A DNA stretch of 64,000 bases, taken from NCBI GenBank assembly GCA_022844165.1, contig JALHMH010000007.1, positions 32,001-96,000 on the forward strand. The letters are read 5' to 3'. The stretch is from Lysobacterales bacterium. GTDB taxonomy: Bacteria; Pseudomonadota; Gammaproteobacteria; Xanthomonadales; SZUA-5. Below, piece by piece: positions 42,310 to 52,193 of this stretch; within the stretch, counting starts at the first letter, position 1, and each line of letters opens with the position of its first letter. The position numbers and the translations under genes are program-made. The notes beneath the pieces are model-generated. The model was not told the origin of the DNA and made no database searches. It saw only the letters and a program-made list of their open reading frames with translations.

Positions 42310-44628
42310 CTACAGTCCGAATCTCGGTCGCATCTGTGACTGCACCGCAGGGCGCCTCAAGCTGGCCAGCAAACGCGACCTCAGGAATGCCGCGTCGTCG
42401 ATCGCGGGGGGCGAATAGCGTTTAGCGAATTCGTCAGCCGTGAGTGCGGGACTCTTCAGGTGGCCCTGGAACAATCGGCATCCTCGCGCTCTAAAGAAGC
42501 GCAACTGCGCCTCGCTTTCGACGCCTTCTGCAAGTACAGTGAGATTCAATTGTTGGCCCAAAGCGACGATCGCGCCGGCAATGATGTCGCCGCCCTTGGT
42601 ATCGCCGACATCGGCGACAAAACAGCGATCGATCTTGATCGTATCTACGGGCAGACGGCGCAGATACGCCAGCGAGCTGTAGCCGGTGCCGAAGTCGTCG
42701 ATCGCGATTCTGATTCCAAGCAGGCGCAGCGCCGACAAGGTTCGTTCGATGTCCCGCCCATGTTCCATCAGCAGACTTTCTGTCAGCTCAAGTTCCAGGG
42801 CTGCCGGGTCTAGTCCGGACTCTGCCAATATGCGCATCAGCCGTGATTGGAACTCGGGATTCAGCAACTGGCGCGCCGAGAGATTGACACTCAGGCGCAG
42901 CGCCTCGTGCCCGGTCTGGCGCCAGCGTTGCACTTGCCGGCACGCCGACTCCAACACGCGATCGCCGAGGCGGCCAATCAGTCCGCCGTCCTCCGCCGCA
43001 GCGATGAACTCTCCGGGCATGACCAATCGGCCGTCGGCCATACGCCAGCGGACCAACGCCTCTACGCCCGTGAGGCGTTCGTCTTCGCAATCAAAGATCG
43101 GTTGATAGTGAACAACGAATTCGTCCGCCAACAGCGCGCGTCGCAATTGGGCATCCAGGGTCAGTTTCCGCTGCGCACTGGCCACCAGTTCAGGCGTGTA
43201 GAACTGGTGTTCGTTGCCGCCGGTCGACTTGGCGCGGTACAACGCTGCATCCGCGCCGCGCAGCAGCTGCATGCTCGAAGCGCCGTCGTCTGGAAACACG
43301 GAAAAGCCGATGCTGGCTTCCACGAATGCCACCTGCCCATCGGCGAAACACACTGGCTCGCGCAGTGCTTCCAGGAGTCGCTCCGCGAGCAGCGAAGCGC
43401 CCTTCGCGTCTGCGGCCGACCGCGCGATGATCATGAACTCATCGCATCCAGTTCTTGCGATGAAATCCTCGCCACTCAATATCGAACGCAGGCGCCCGGC
43501 CACGCTGCGCAGCAAAAAGTCGCCGTAGTCGTACCCGAGCCCATCGTTGACAATGCGGAAACGATCGATATCCAGCAGCCCGACAAAGAAGCGTCCGCCC
43601 CCCGGGGATTGCGCACTCTCGTCGATCATGCGCTGGGCCGCGACGCGATTCGGCAGCCCGGTCAAAGCATCGATCTCGGCCACATGATTTGACACCTGCT
43701 GACGCGTCTCCGCTGCGTCCAGCGCGTTCCGCAGCTGCGTTTCGCTATGGAGATCCGCCGCATCGCGCTCGATGGCTGCCCCCAACGCGGCAGCGATGAT
43801 TCGCATGCTGGCTTCATTTGCGGCAGCCCACATCCGCGAATGCCCGTCGTCAATGCCGAGAAATCCGAAGAGTCCCGCGCGGCAGCGAATCGGGACCACC
43901 ATCAACGAGCCGATACCAAGCGCCTTCAACGCATTGCGTTCGATCGGCGGAAAGTCATTCAACGTGCCACGTATGCACTGGTCCTTTTGCAGCACGCGAA
44001 TCCAGCGGGCTTGCGCGGCACTGATCGGCATCCTGACGCCATCGCGCAGCGCCGACAACCCATTCTTCTGCCAGATCGAGTGCCGGATACTGTAGTTGCC
44101 GGGGTCGGTGCCCTCGAATTCGAACAGAAATGCCCGTTGTGCCTGGAAGCACTCACCGACACGCCTCAAGAGTTGCGCGATTCTGGCTTTGAGCGGGCCG
44201 TTCCCCAGCAGCAGCGGCGCCGACTGCGCCGCCAGGCTTAAGCCGGCATCGACCGATTTGCGATCGCTGATGTCGAACAGCACACAATGGAAAGCCTCAG
44301 CGTCGCCATCACTGCCGCGTTCGACCCAGGAGCGGTCCTCGACCCAACGCCATCGATGACCGCAACGAATCCGATACTCCATGTGCCAGCGCTCGGGATC
44401 CGCCGGCAGCGCGAGAATGTCGCTTTCGATCCGCGCCAGATCTTCCGGATGCATCAGCTCGGCAAAACAGGCGCCTCGCTGGAGCGCCTGCGCGTCGATG
44501 CCCCAATCGATGGCATTGGCGGACACTTCCTCAATCGGCCAGCCCGGTGCATTGCGCCAGCGAATCGCAATGGCGCCGGTGTCGGTGATGGCATTGGCAA
44601 GGAGGATTTTTTCGACGTTGGCGATCAT
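42310..44628 (-). CDS. PAS-GAF-GGDEF-EAL c-di-GMP signalling protein
   Basis: HPED PAS, GAF (LMVVPI, GFLGID), DALTGLPNR, GCDEF, YQP, EALVRW, ELTES, DDFGTGYSSL, AEGVE. Confidence 0.93.
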   Translation of the reverse strand: MIANVEKILLANAITDTGAIAIRWRNAPGWPIEEVSANAIDWGIDAQALQRGACFAELMHPEDLARIESDILALPADPERWHMEYRIRCGHRWRWVEDRSWVERGSDGDAEAFHCVLFDISDRKSVDAGLSLAAQSAPLLLGNGPLKARIAQLLRRVGECFQAQRAFLFEFEGTDPGNYSIRHSIWQKNGLSALRDGVRMPISAAQARWIRVLQKDQCIRGTLNDFPPIERNALKALGIGSLMVVPIRCRAGLFGFLGIDDGHSRMWAAANEASMRIIAAALGAAIERDAADLHSETQLRNALDAAETRQQVSNHVAEIDALTGLPNRVAAQRMIDESAQSPGGGRFFVGLLDIDRFRIVNDGLGYDYGDFLLRSVAGRLRSILSGEDFIARTGCDEFMIIARSAADAKGASLLAERLLEALREPVCFADGQVAFVEASIGFSVFPDDGASSMQLLRGADAALYRAKSTGGNEHQFYTPELVASAQRKLTLDAQLRRALLADEFVVHYQPIFDCEDERLTGVEALVRWRMADGRLVMPGEFIAAAEDGGLIGRLGDRVLESACRQVQRWRQTGHEALRLSVNLSARQLLNPEFQSRLMRILAESGLDPAALELELTESLLMEHGRDIERTLSALRLLGIRIAIDDFGTGYSSLAYLRRLPVDTIKIDRCFVADVGDTKGGDIIAGAIVALGQQLNLTVLAEGVESEAQLRFFRARGCRLFQGHLKSPALTADEFAKRYSPPAIDDAAFLRSRLLASLRRPAVQSQMRPRFGL

Positions 44629-44706
44629 GCCTCGCCCCTAACTTGTGCTTGTCAGGCCGGAGTTTGCTACATCGTCCGCCCCAGAAAAGTTCGGTTGCCG
44701 ACAAAA

Positions 44707-47397
44707 TCAGTTTTTGCGAGATTCTTGGCGCACTTCTTCAAGATCCTTGTCGACCATGTCACGGATTTGCACAGGATGTTGGTCGTTCAGACCGGCGCGC
44801 ATTGTCGCCAGTAGCTGTTCGGCCTCTGTATGACGCTGCATACCGCGCAGACTGCGCGCATGACGCAATGGCGCAAGCAGCGCGAACTGTGAGCCGTCGG
44901 TCGATAGACGGGATTCTTCCAATAGTTGCCTGGTCAGGGCATAGGCCTCATCGAATCGACCTTGGCGTTGTAACGATCCGGTGTATTGATAAAGCACGCG
45001 AAGCCGATCCGAATCGCCCGGAGCGAGCGTGCCAAGGGCGCGGTCGAGCGCTTCGCGGAACTCAGCATCGGCCTCTTCAAATCGCGCGTTGTTGCGCAAC
45101 GATGAGGCAAACTCGCTGCGCGCCACGAGTGTGCTGCGGTGCGCCTGGCCAAACCGCGTCTGGGTACCTTCGAGGGACGCTTCCAAGAGCGCAAGCGCCT
45201 CTTCATTGCGCGCCACGTTCGAGAACAAGACGCTCAGGTTCAAGGCTGTTTGCAGTGTTTCAGGATGCGTCTTCCCCTGCTGCTGGACACGCTTTCGATA
45301 CGCACGTTCCATGATCGGCAGCGCGCTGGCGATATCGCCCGTCAAATGCAGCAATCGCGCATAGTTCTCTTCCAGGGTCGTTAGCGTCGGGTGATCGACC
45401 TCCAGGTGTTGAACGCCCAAAGCGTGCGCTGCGCTCAGATGTTCGCGAGCGAGCGTTAAATTGCCCATCCGCTCATGACGCAGCGCCAAATTATTCGCCG
45501 CAACAAGCGTAAGCCAGTGCGTCGGCCCAAGCAGCTTTCCCAACTCGATGAAGGTTGTTTGCGCGAGCGCCAGCGCGGCGCCGTGTTCGCCATTGTCAAA
45601 CAACGCCGCGGATTTTTCAGTCAGCGCCTGCGCGGTATCAGGATCGATCGCACCGAAGGTCTCTTGCGCAAATCGGTAAGCCTCATCGGCAGCCGCCAAT
45701 GCCCGCTCCGGCCGCTTTGCACCGCGCTCGCTCAGGGCGATGTTGATGGATACATAAGCGCGCAATCGCGCGGCCCAATCCGCCGGGCATTCAAGACACT
45801 GCCCCGCGCTCGCCAGTTGCCCGAGCGTCTGACGAAACTCCACAAGCGCCGAATCGAACTCGCCGAGTTCTGTCAGGGCGCGCGCATGCGCCGCGAGAAT
45901 ATGCAGCCGCACCGCGGTGCTGGCAGCTTCCTCTCGCAGCAGCTCGGCCAACGCCTCGCGCGCTTCAGCCACACGACCACCCTCAAGCAAGGCGCGCGCC
46001 TTTCCAAACTCCGTCAGCTGAAGTCGCGCACCGGTGATGCCCGCCGCCCGAAAGTCGGCCGCGGCAGCGGCGAAGTACTCGACGGCACGCGGCGTATCGC
46101 CAAGCGCGCGCCAGGTTTCTGCCAGGGATGCGCGCATGCGCGCACGTGCGACAGGTGCGTCGGACAGGTTGCGTTCCAGTGCACGGTCGGCGTCGCCCAG
46201 GACGTCGTGAACGGTGACGGCCCGGCCCTTTGCAAAACTCGGATTGGCACGCGACAACAGCCCGGTCATCAGTTCGATCATGCCTTCGGATTCCTGGCGC
46301 TGGGCTTGTTCGCGCAGAGCGAACTGCATGCTGATGGTCGCGGCGCCAAACAAGGCCAGAGTGACAGCGGTTGCCGAAGCCACCAAAATACGATTGCGCC
46401 GCGCAAACCGGCGCATTTCGGCGTACAGGCTGGCTCGCCTCGCCAAGATTGCCTCATCCGCCAGATATCGGCGCAGGTCCTCGCTGAATTCAGCAGCGTT
46501 GCGATAGCGCTGGTCCTTTTCCTTGGCCAACGCTTTGGCGAAAATCGTATCGAGATCGCCGGCAAACCTGGCGTCGACACTGGCCAGAGGCCGCGGCACA
46601 GCGTTAATGATGGCGTTGAGCACTTGCGCCAGATTGACGCCGGTCACGGTGTAGGGCATCGCGCCGGTCAACAGGCGATAGCCAATCATGCCGAGCGCAT
46701 ACACGTCGGTGCGGATATCGACCGCACCGGGCTCGCTCATCGCTTGCTCTGGGCTCATATAGGCCACGGTGCCGACCACAACGCCGACACCAGTCAGTTC
46801 GTCGCCGCCACGGTCGGCCGACAGGCGTGCAACGCCAAAGTCGAGCACCTTGGGTTGGCCGTCAGCTTTGACCAGAATGTTGCTGGGTTTCAGATCGCGA
46901 TGAATGACACCGCGGATATGCGCGTGTTCTACCGCGTCGCAAATGCGACGCAAGATATCCAGACGCTCAGGCACACCGATCGCTGCGCAGTAATCGAGCA
47001 GCGGCGTGCCTTGCACATACTCCATTGCGATATACGGTGCACGGCCCATCTCGGCGGAGGTACGGCCACTGGCGATCACTTGAGCGATGCCGGGATGGGT
47101 GAATCGCGCGAGGATCTGCGCTTCCTGTTGGAAGCGCGCCAGGTGTTCGGCGTGGGTGATGCCGACGTGCAGCGTTTTGATGGCTACCAGACGCTGCGGG
47201 TGACGTTGTTGCGCCAGAAACACAACGCCCATGCCACCGGCACCGAGCACACGGACGATGGAAAAATCGTCGATGTCATGCCCAATCCAGGCCGCCGGCG
47301 TGAGTGCCAGCGGCAGAACCGTTGGTCCTGCCGCCGCCGAAACGGCGACCCGCGATGGCGGGTCGACGGCCTGCATCAGCGTTGCCGGCTGCTCCAT
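44707..47397 (-). CDS. Hanks-type Ser/Thr protein kinase with TM and TPR repeats
   Basis: GAGGMG, VAIK, HRDLKPSN, DFG, YMSPEQ; TM; G..HP.TL...NL repeats; start could be 47412. Confidence 0.92.
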   Translation of the reverse strand: MEQPATLMQAVDPPSRVAVSAAAGPTVLPLALTPAAWIGHDIDDFSIVRVLGAGGMGVVFLAQQRHPQRLVAIKTLHVGITHAEHLARFQQEAQILARFTHPGIAQVIASGRTSAEMGRAPYIAMEYVQGTPLLDYCAAIGVPERLDILRRICDAVEHAHIRGVIHRDLKPSNILVKADGQPKVLDFGVARLSADRGGDELTGVGVVVGTVAYMSPEQAMSEPGAVDIRTDVYALGMIGYRLLTGAMPYTVTGVNLAQVLNAIINAVPRPLASVDARFAGDLDTIFAKALAKEKDQRYRNAAEFSEDLRRYLADEAILARRASLYAEMRRFARRNRILVASATAVTLALFGAATISMQFALREQAQRQESEGMIELMTGLLSRANPSFAKGRAVTVHDVLGDADRALERNLSDAPVARARMRASLAETWRALGDTPRAVEYFAAAAADFRAAGITGARLQLTEFGKARALLEGGRVAEAREALAELLREEAASTAVRLHILAAHARALTELGEFDSALVEFRQTLGQLASAGQCLECPADWAARLRAYVSINIALSERGAKRPERALAAADEAYRFAQETFGAIDPDTAQALTEKSAALFDNGEHGAALALAQTTFIELGKLLGPTHWLTLVAANNLALRHERMGNLTLAREHLSAAHALGVQHLEVDHPTLTTLEENYARLLHLTGDIASALPIMERAYRKRVQQQGKTHPETLQTALNLSVLFSNVARNEEALALLEASLEGTQTRFGQAHRSTLVARSEFASSLRNNARFEEADAEFREALDRALGTLAPGDSDRLRVLYQYTGSLQRQGRFDEAYALTRQLLEESRLSTDGSQFALLAPLRHARSLRGMQRHTEAEQLLATMRAGLNDQHPVQIRDMVDKDLEEVRQESRKN

Positions 47398-47428
47398 CCT
47401 GCACCATTTCATCCCTGTTCCGTGCAGT

Positions 47429-50146
47429 TTACTCCGGTTGCACCGGCGCCACGATGCCGAAGATGCGATTGGCTTGCGGTTGATGATCGCCCGGGGTGTT
47501 GTCGGTGAGCGGGAAAACCACGCGATTACCGGAAATGACGGCACCGCTCACCGTTTGCCAGGCGATGGTTGTGCTGTCGCCCACCACTGTTGGGCCATAG
47601 CGCCGCAGCTGCCAGCCGCTGCCCGAGAACTCATAGCCGTGATAGATGATTTCAGCCAGCGCATACGGACAATTCTGAAACTCGAACTGCAACGGCAGTC
47701 GCCCCTGAACGAATCCCGTGTCGTCCAGTACCGTTTCGCTGCTCAGTGAGGCAACGTTGACAATTTGTGTGCAGGCTGTGCCGCTCTTTTCCTGACCGGG
47801 GTTCAGCTGAATATCGCTGAGCGTACCTTGTTGTGCTTCGCCTTTGTCCTCTGTATCGAAGACGAAACTCGCCACGCCACTTTGCTCAGCATCGACGATA
47901 CCGTCGCCATTGCCATCTCCGCCGTTCGGTGCAGAAGACTCGGTGGCATTCGAAGCGCCATCGAGGTCGCTGTCTGCGTGTTGCGTCGATCGCATGGTTC
48001 CGCCGGCCGTTCCCGTGTGCACGGTCGGCGTACCGTCGGCTGCATATGAGACCGCCAGACCAGCGCCGCCAACGGCAGGCGAACCAACGCCAGTGGGCAT
48101 CCAGGACAGGCCACCGTTGTCGCTGCGGTACACGCCACCTGGCGCGGCATCTTTTCCGGCGACGCTGGCATAGATGCGCTGGCGGTTCTGAGGATCGGCT
48201 TGCAGTGCGAGGACTTCCGTGCCCGAGATGCCGTTGTCTTGACGCGTCCATCGCAGTCCGCCGTCATCGCTGCGGTAGATGCGGGCCTGGCCCGGCTGGC
48301 TGGGATCGGACATGCCGACAAACACGCGCCCGTCGACGACGACCAGCGCGGAGACGTCCCAAACAGCACCGGTGCCGCTCATCCTGGGTAGTCCTTCGGT
48401 GGCCTCCGTAAACCGTCCGTTGTGGGCGACGAACACCCCGTTCGAGCCGATGGGTAGCGCATCTGCGCAGCTGGCGCAGTAGCCGTTGGCGCGTGTACCG
48501 ACGAATATCTGACCGGGTTTGCCGATGGCAATTGCTGTCGGAGTCGGCGCATACGTGCCGGGTGTGCAGGCGCCAACGGGTAGCGTATCGAATGGTTGCC
48601 ATGAAGCGGCGGCATCAACGCTGCGCCAGACGCGCGGCACTTTGAGCCCGGCCTGCCCTTGGTCACATTGGATGCGGCCATCCGCCGCAAAGTAGAGCAC
48701 CTGCGCAACACCCTGTTTGACCGATGCGGTGTCGACAACGAGCGAGCGCACCTGCCCCAGTTGCGCCGCGCCACCGGTGGGCATCGGCACGAGGCGATCT
48801 GCAGCGGACCAGCTGCGACCGCTGTCGCTGCTCACAAAGACGCCTCCGCGATAGCTCGACTGCGGCATCCCCAGCGGCGCAAAGTCGGCGCCAACGGCAT
48901 ACACGCGGACATTCATTGGCGACAGCGCGTTGCCGGGGTCGTATACCAGCGCATTGATCGTATCGAGCCCCAGATCTGAATTCGATCGAAACCAGGTGAG
49001 GCCGTTGTCCTCTGACCGATAAAGCGCCGGCAGTGTCGGCCCTGCGCGATCATTGCGCACGCCCGCAAGCAGAATCGAGCCGTGCGGCGGCTGCGCGGCG
49101 ATCGCGGCGATTGGCGTACTGCGAGGCCCGCCGCCGACATTCGTCCATTGCCGATCGGTACTTCCTGCAACAAGCACACCCTCTGCAGAGAACGCGACCC
49201 ATCGGTTGTGACGCGAATCGATCAGAACTTCGCCGATGGCTTGTGTGCCCGAGCCACGCTGCGTGACGAAGCTGGTACCGCCGTCCTGACTCTGCGCAAC
49301 GCCTTCGGTCGTGCCGAACAACAACCGCTGACTATCCAGCGGATCCGAGGCGAGGCTTTGCAGACGCGCCGTACCCAACTGTGGTGTCAGATCCTCAAAG
49401 GCGCTGCCGCCATTCGGCGACCGATAGCTGCCGAAAGCACCGGAGAGGAAAAACTGGCCAACAACGTTGGCATTAAACGCGAACAGTTCGGCCCGCGCTG
49501 CGCCGTCGGCATCCCACGGACCTGCCACCGGCGAAAACCGCGCGCCACCGTCGGTACTCAGATACAAGCTTGCGGGGTGGTTCTTCAGATTGCGCTCACC
49601 GGCCCACACCAGGACACGGCGGCTGTTATTTGGGTCCACCGCAACCCGCTCGATGCGCTCGGGCAACTGCGTGTTCGCGACGCGCGTCCAGCGCTCGCCG
49701 GCATCGTCGCTGCGCCACAATCCGGCACGGGTCGCCAACCAGAGCTGGTTCGATGCGCTCGCGGCGTAGGCAATGTCCAGAGTCGCAAAACCCGGCGCGG
49801 TTGTTGGTAAGCCAACGCTCTTGCTGCGCCAGTTGCGTCCGCCATCGACAGAGATGAACGCACCGCCGGCGCCGGCCAGTGCCAGGATTTGTGCTCGATT
49901 CGGATGCGCAACGATGCGCAGCGCACCCGGCAGCGCCGAGGTCAGTCCGGCAGATGCGCTATGCCAGGTGGTGCCACCATCCATCGACTTGTAGATGAAT
50001 CGGTCGGCGCTTGCGTAAATAGCGCCATCGCTCACCGTGGCGCTGTCGATACGTCCGCCTTCGGGTCCGTGCGAGGTCCAGCGCAGATCAGAAGCGTGCG
50101 CCTGGAGGCCGATCATCATAGAGAGGCAGAGTGCATTGGTTTTCAT
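47429..50146 (-). CDS. secreted BNR/Asp-box beta-propeller protein with C-terminal choice-of-anchor U-like domain
   Basis: Signal peptide; GP.GG; many S.DGG.SW Asp-boxes; DGNGDG..DAEQ..VASF; YGPT...W...LTDN..GD. Confidence 0.85.
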   Translation of the reverse strand: MKTNALCLSMMIGLQAHASDLRWTSHGPEGGRIDSATVSDGAIYASADRFIYKSMDGGTTWHSASAGLTSALPGALRIVAHPNRAQILALAGAGGAFISVDGGRNWRSKSVGLPTTAPGFATLDIAYAASASNQLWLATRAGLWRSDDAGERWTRVANTQLPERIERVAVDPNNSRRVLVWAGERNLKNHPASLYLSTDGGARFSPVAGPWDADGAARAELFAFNANVVGQFFLSGAFGSYRSPNGGSAFEDLTPQLGTARLQSLASDPLDSQRLLFGTTEGVAQSQDGGTSFVTQRGSGTQAIGEVLIDSRHNRWVAFSAEGVLVAGSTDRQWTNVGGGPRSTPIAAIAAQPPHGSILLAGVRNDRAGPTLPALYRSEDNGLTWFRSNSDLGLDTINALVYDPGNALSPMNVRVYAVGADFAPLGMPQSSYRGGVFVSSDSGRSWSAADRLVPMPTGGAAQLGQVRSLVVDTASVKQGVAQVLYFAADGRIQCDQGQAGLKVPRVWRSVDAAASWQPFDTLPVGACTPGTYAPTPTAIAIGKPGQIFVGTRANGYCASCADALPIGSNGVFVAHNGRFTEATEGLPRMSGTGAVWDVSALVVVDGRVFVGMSDPSQPGQARIYRSDDGGLRWTRQDNGISGTEVLALQADPQNRQRIYASVAGKDAAPGGVYRSDNGGLSWMPTGVGSPAVGGAGLAVSYAADGTPTVHTGTAGGTMRSTQHADSDLDGASNATESSAPNGGDGNGDGIVDAEQSGVASFVFDTEDKGEAQQGTLSDIQLNPGQEKSGTACTQIVNVASLSSETVLDDTGFVQGRLPLQFEFQNCPYALAEIIYHGYEFSGSGWQLRRYGPTVVGDSTTIAWQTVSGAVISGNRVVFPLTDNTPGDHQPQANRIFGIVAPVQPE

Positions 50147-50356
50147 AGTAAAGTTCCTTAGCGCAATTCGCGCACGAGTCAAGTGAGCGGTCCGTTCGCC
50201 GCCCTTTTATTGATGCATAGATCGTCGTTGAGGAACTGCTGCCGCCAGTCGATGTGAGAATTTGCGAGAATTGGGGACGCTAAATCCTCGCCACAAAGCC
50301 GCTTTTACGAGCTACGTTTGTTAGCCTTGCGCATGGTCGGGAGAGAGCAAACGGAG

Positions 50357-51388
50357 ATGCGGCTCCAAGCCCTGGAAAATTCACCGAGTGGGGCTGAGTT
50401 GCGGCCGGGCAGTCTGGCTGACCTGCATGAATCTAACGCGCTCCTTGGCGGCGTGTTCGATTTGTCTCCCGTTGCGATGGCGCTGCACGAACCCGAACAT
50501 GTGATCCTCAATGCCGCCGCACAGCAGTTGTTGGGCACCGAGCGAGATGCCGATCCTGCGCGTTTCCTCCGGGCGCTGTCCGAGAAACTCGGCGCAGCGC
50601 CGCGCACTGGCGAATTCGTCAATGTCGATAGCGAAAGGCATTTTGTGGTCAATCAAACCCGACTCGTTGGTGCGGGCGAGTTGTGGTTGTGGTCGATACT
50701 GGACGTCAGCGCCACCCATCAATTGAAGCGTCAACGCGATCAGTTGCTGACGTTTTTCATGCACGACCTGCGCCATCCATTGTCGTCGATTCTGGCGGTG
50801 ACAGGCGATGAACATGCGGCGCCGGTCGCGCCGACACCGCAGCAATTTGCGGAGATTCGCCGGCTCGCCAGGTTAGGGCTGCGTTGGGCCGAAGACATGG
50901 CCGCACTGCTCCAGGCGAGTAGTCTCGAACCACGAACATTCCAGCAGATTCCGCTGCACGAGGTGGTCGACGAAGCGGTGCAAACCTGGTGGATCCATGC
51001 ACGCACGTCGGGAATCGAGCTGAAACTGATGAGTAACGATGAGGTCAACGTCCGCGGTCACCGGGAGTCTTTACTACGGGTGATCAGCAACCTCTTGCAC
51101 AACGCGATCGAGCACAGCCCACCTGGGAGCGTCGTCATTCTGGGTTCGACACGCAGCCCCCTGGGTACACAACTGCGTATCCGCAATCGCGTGCTCGCGC
51201 CGGGCGACCGTCGGCGCGGACTCGGATTGGGTTTGCGGTATGTGCAAAGCGTAGCCAAGCAGCACGGAATCAGTTTCGCCGCTGGAATGCCGGCGGACGG
51301 CGAACACTTCGAGGCGACGCTGCATTTCGTCGCCGACGTATTGCGCGCGCCGCCATCGCGTCGCGCGTTGCAGGCCCAACGCCCATGA
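50357..51388 (+). CDS. cytoplasmic sensor histidine kinase (atypical HATPase)
   Basis: H-box HDLRHPL, N-box NLLHNAIEHS, G2 GLGLGL; no DxGxG; no TM. Confidence 0.8.
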   Translation: MRLQALENSPSGAELRPGSLADLHESNALLGGVFDLSPVAMALHEPEHVILNAAAQQLLGTERDADPARFLRALSEKLGAAPRTGEFVNVDSERHFVVNQTRLVGAGELWLWSILDVSATHQLKRQRDQLLTFFMHDLRHPLSSILAVTGDEHAAPVAPTPQQFAEIRRLARLGLRWAEDMAALLQASSLEPRTFQQIPLHEVVDEAVQTWWIHARTSGIELKLMSNDEVNVRGHRESLLRVISNLLHNAIEHSPPGSVVILGSTRSPLGTQLRIRNRVLAPGDRRRGLGLGLRYVQSVAKQHGISFAAGMPADGEHFEATLHFVADVLRAPPSRRALQAQRP

Positions 51389-52077
51389 ACATGTACCCGA
51401 TCGCCGTTGTTGAAGACGACGAAAACATTCGCCAGTTCCTGATTCGCGTTTTGAACGAAGCGGGATACGAAGCTCATGGATTCGAACTGGGCCGCAAATA
51501 CATCGCAGCGCTCGCGCAACAGACATTCGCGCTTGTGGTGCTCGATTGGGAACTGCCGGATGTAAACGGGATCGAAATTGTGGCATTGATGCGCGGCTCG
51601 ATGAACTCGGTCACGCCGGTCTTGTTTGTGACGCATCGGGATAGCGAGGCCGATGTCGTGACCGCCCTCGGCGCTGGCGCAGACGACTTCCTGAGTAAAC
51701 CGGTTCGAAGCATGGAGTTGATTGCGCGCGTGAACGCGCAGCTGCGCCGCTCGCACACTGTCCAGGAGGAAGACGAACGTATCGTCGGCAATATCCAACT
51801 GAATCGGCATCTGGCCTACGCGCAAATCGGCGATCAGCGAATCGAAATGACCGAACGGGAATTTCTGCTGGCGTGGTTGTTGTTTGGCCGTGTCGGCACG
51901 CTGATGACGCGCGAAGAGCTGGCACGCAGCCTGTCTGGCGCACGTGGCATGGTCGATTCACGAAGCCTGGATACTGCGATTTATCGGATGCGCAAGCGCC
52001 TCGCGATCGAACCGAAGAATGGGCTGTTGCTGCGCACAGTGTATGGCGTCGGATATCGCCTGGAGCGCGTCGGTTGA
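51385..52077 (+). CDS. OmpR-family DNA-binding response regulator
   Basis: VEDD, LDWELPD..G, GADDFL.KP, RTVYGVGY; ATGA overlap with the kinase. Confidence 0.94.
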   Translation: MNMYPIAVVEDDENIRQFLIRVLNEAGYEAHGFELGRKYIAALAQQTFALVVLDWELPDVNGIEIVALMRGSMNSVTPVLFVTHRDSEADVVTALGAGADDFLSKPVRSMELIARVNAQLRRSHTVQEEDERIVGNIQLNRHLAYAQIGDQRIEMTEREFLLAWLLFGRVGTLMTREELARSLSGARGMVDSRSLDTAIYRMRKRLAIEPKNGLLLRTVYGVGYRLERVG

Positions 52078-52193
52078 GCGCTGTTGGAAAATCTCTTCCG
52101 GCCGCCTAGGCAGAAGGCGGGATCGCGCCGAGCGCCGCCGAGTCCTCCGCGGACGGCTATGCTCCCGGCACAATTTGCCGTCCGACGTTGCCG

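Noticed and set aside
52150-52186. CGGACGGC/GCCGTCCG inverted repeat upstream of guaA as a purine riboswitch
   Set aside because: No purine-riboswitch consensus; an 8-bp GC stem can occur by chance
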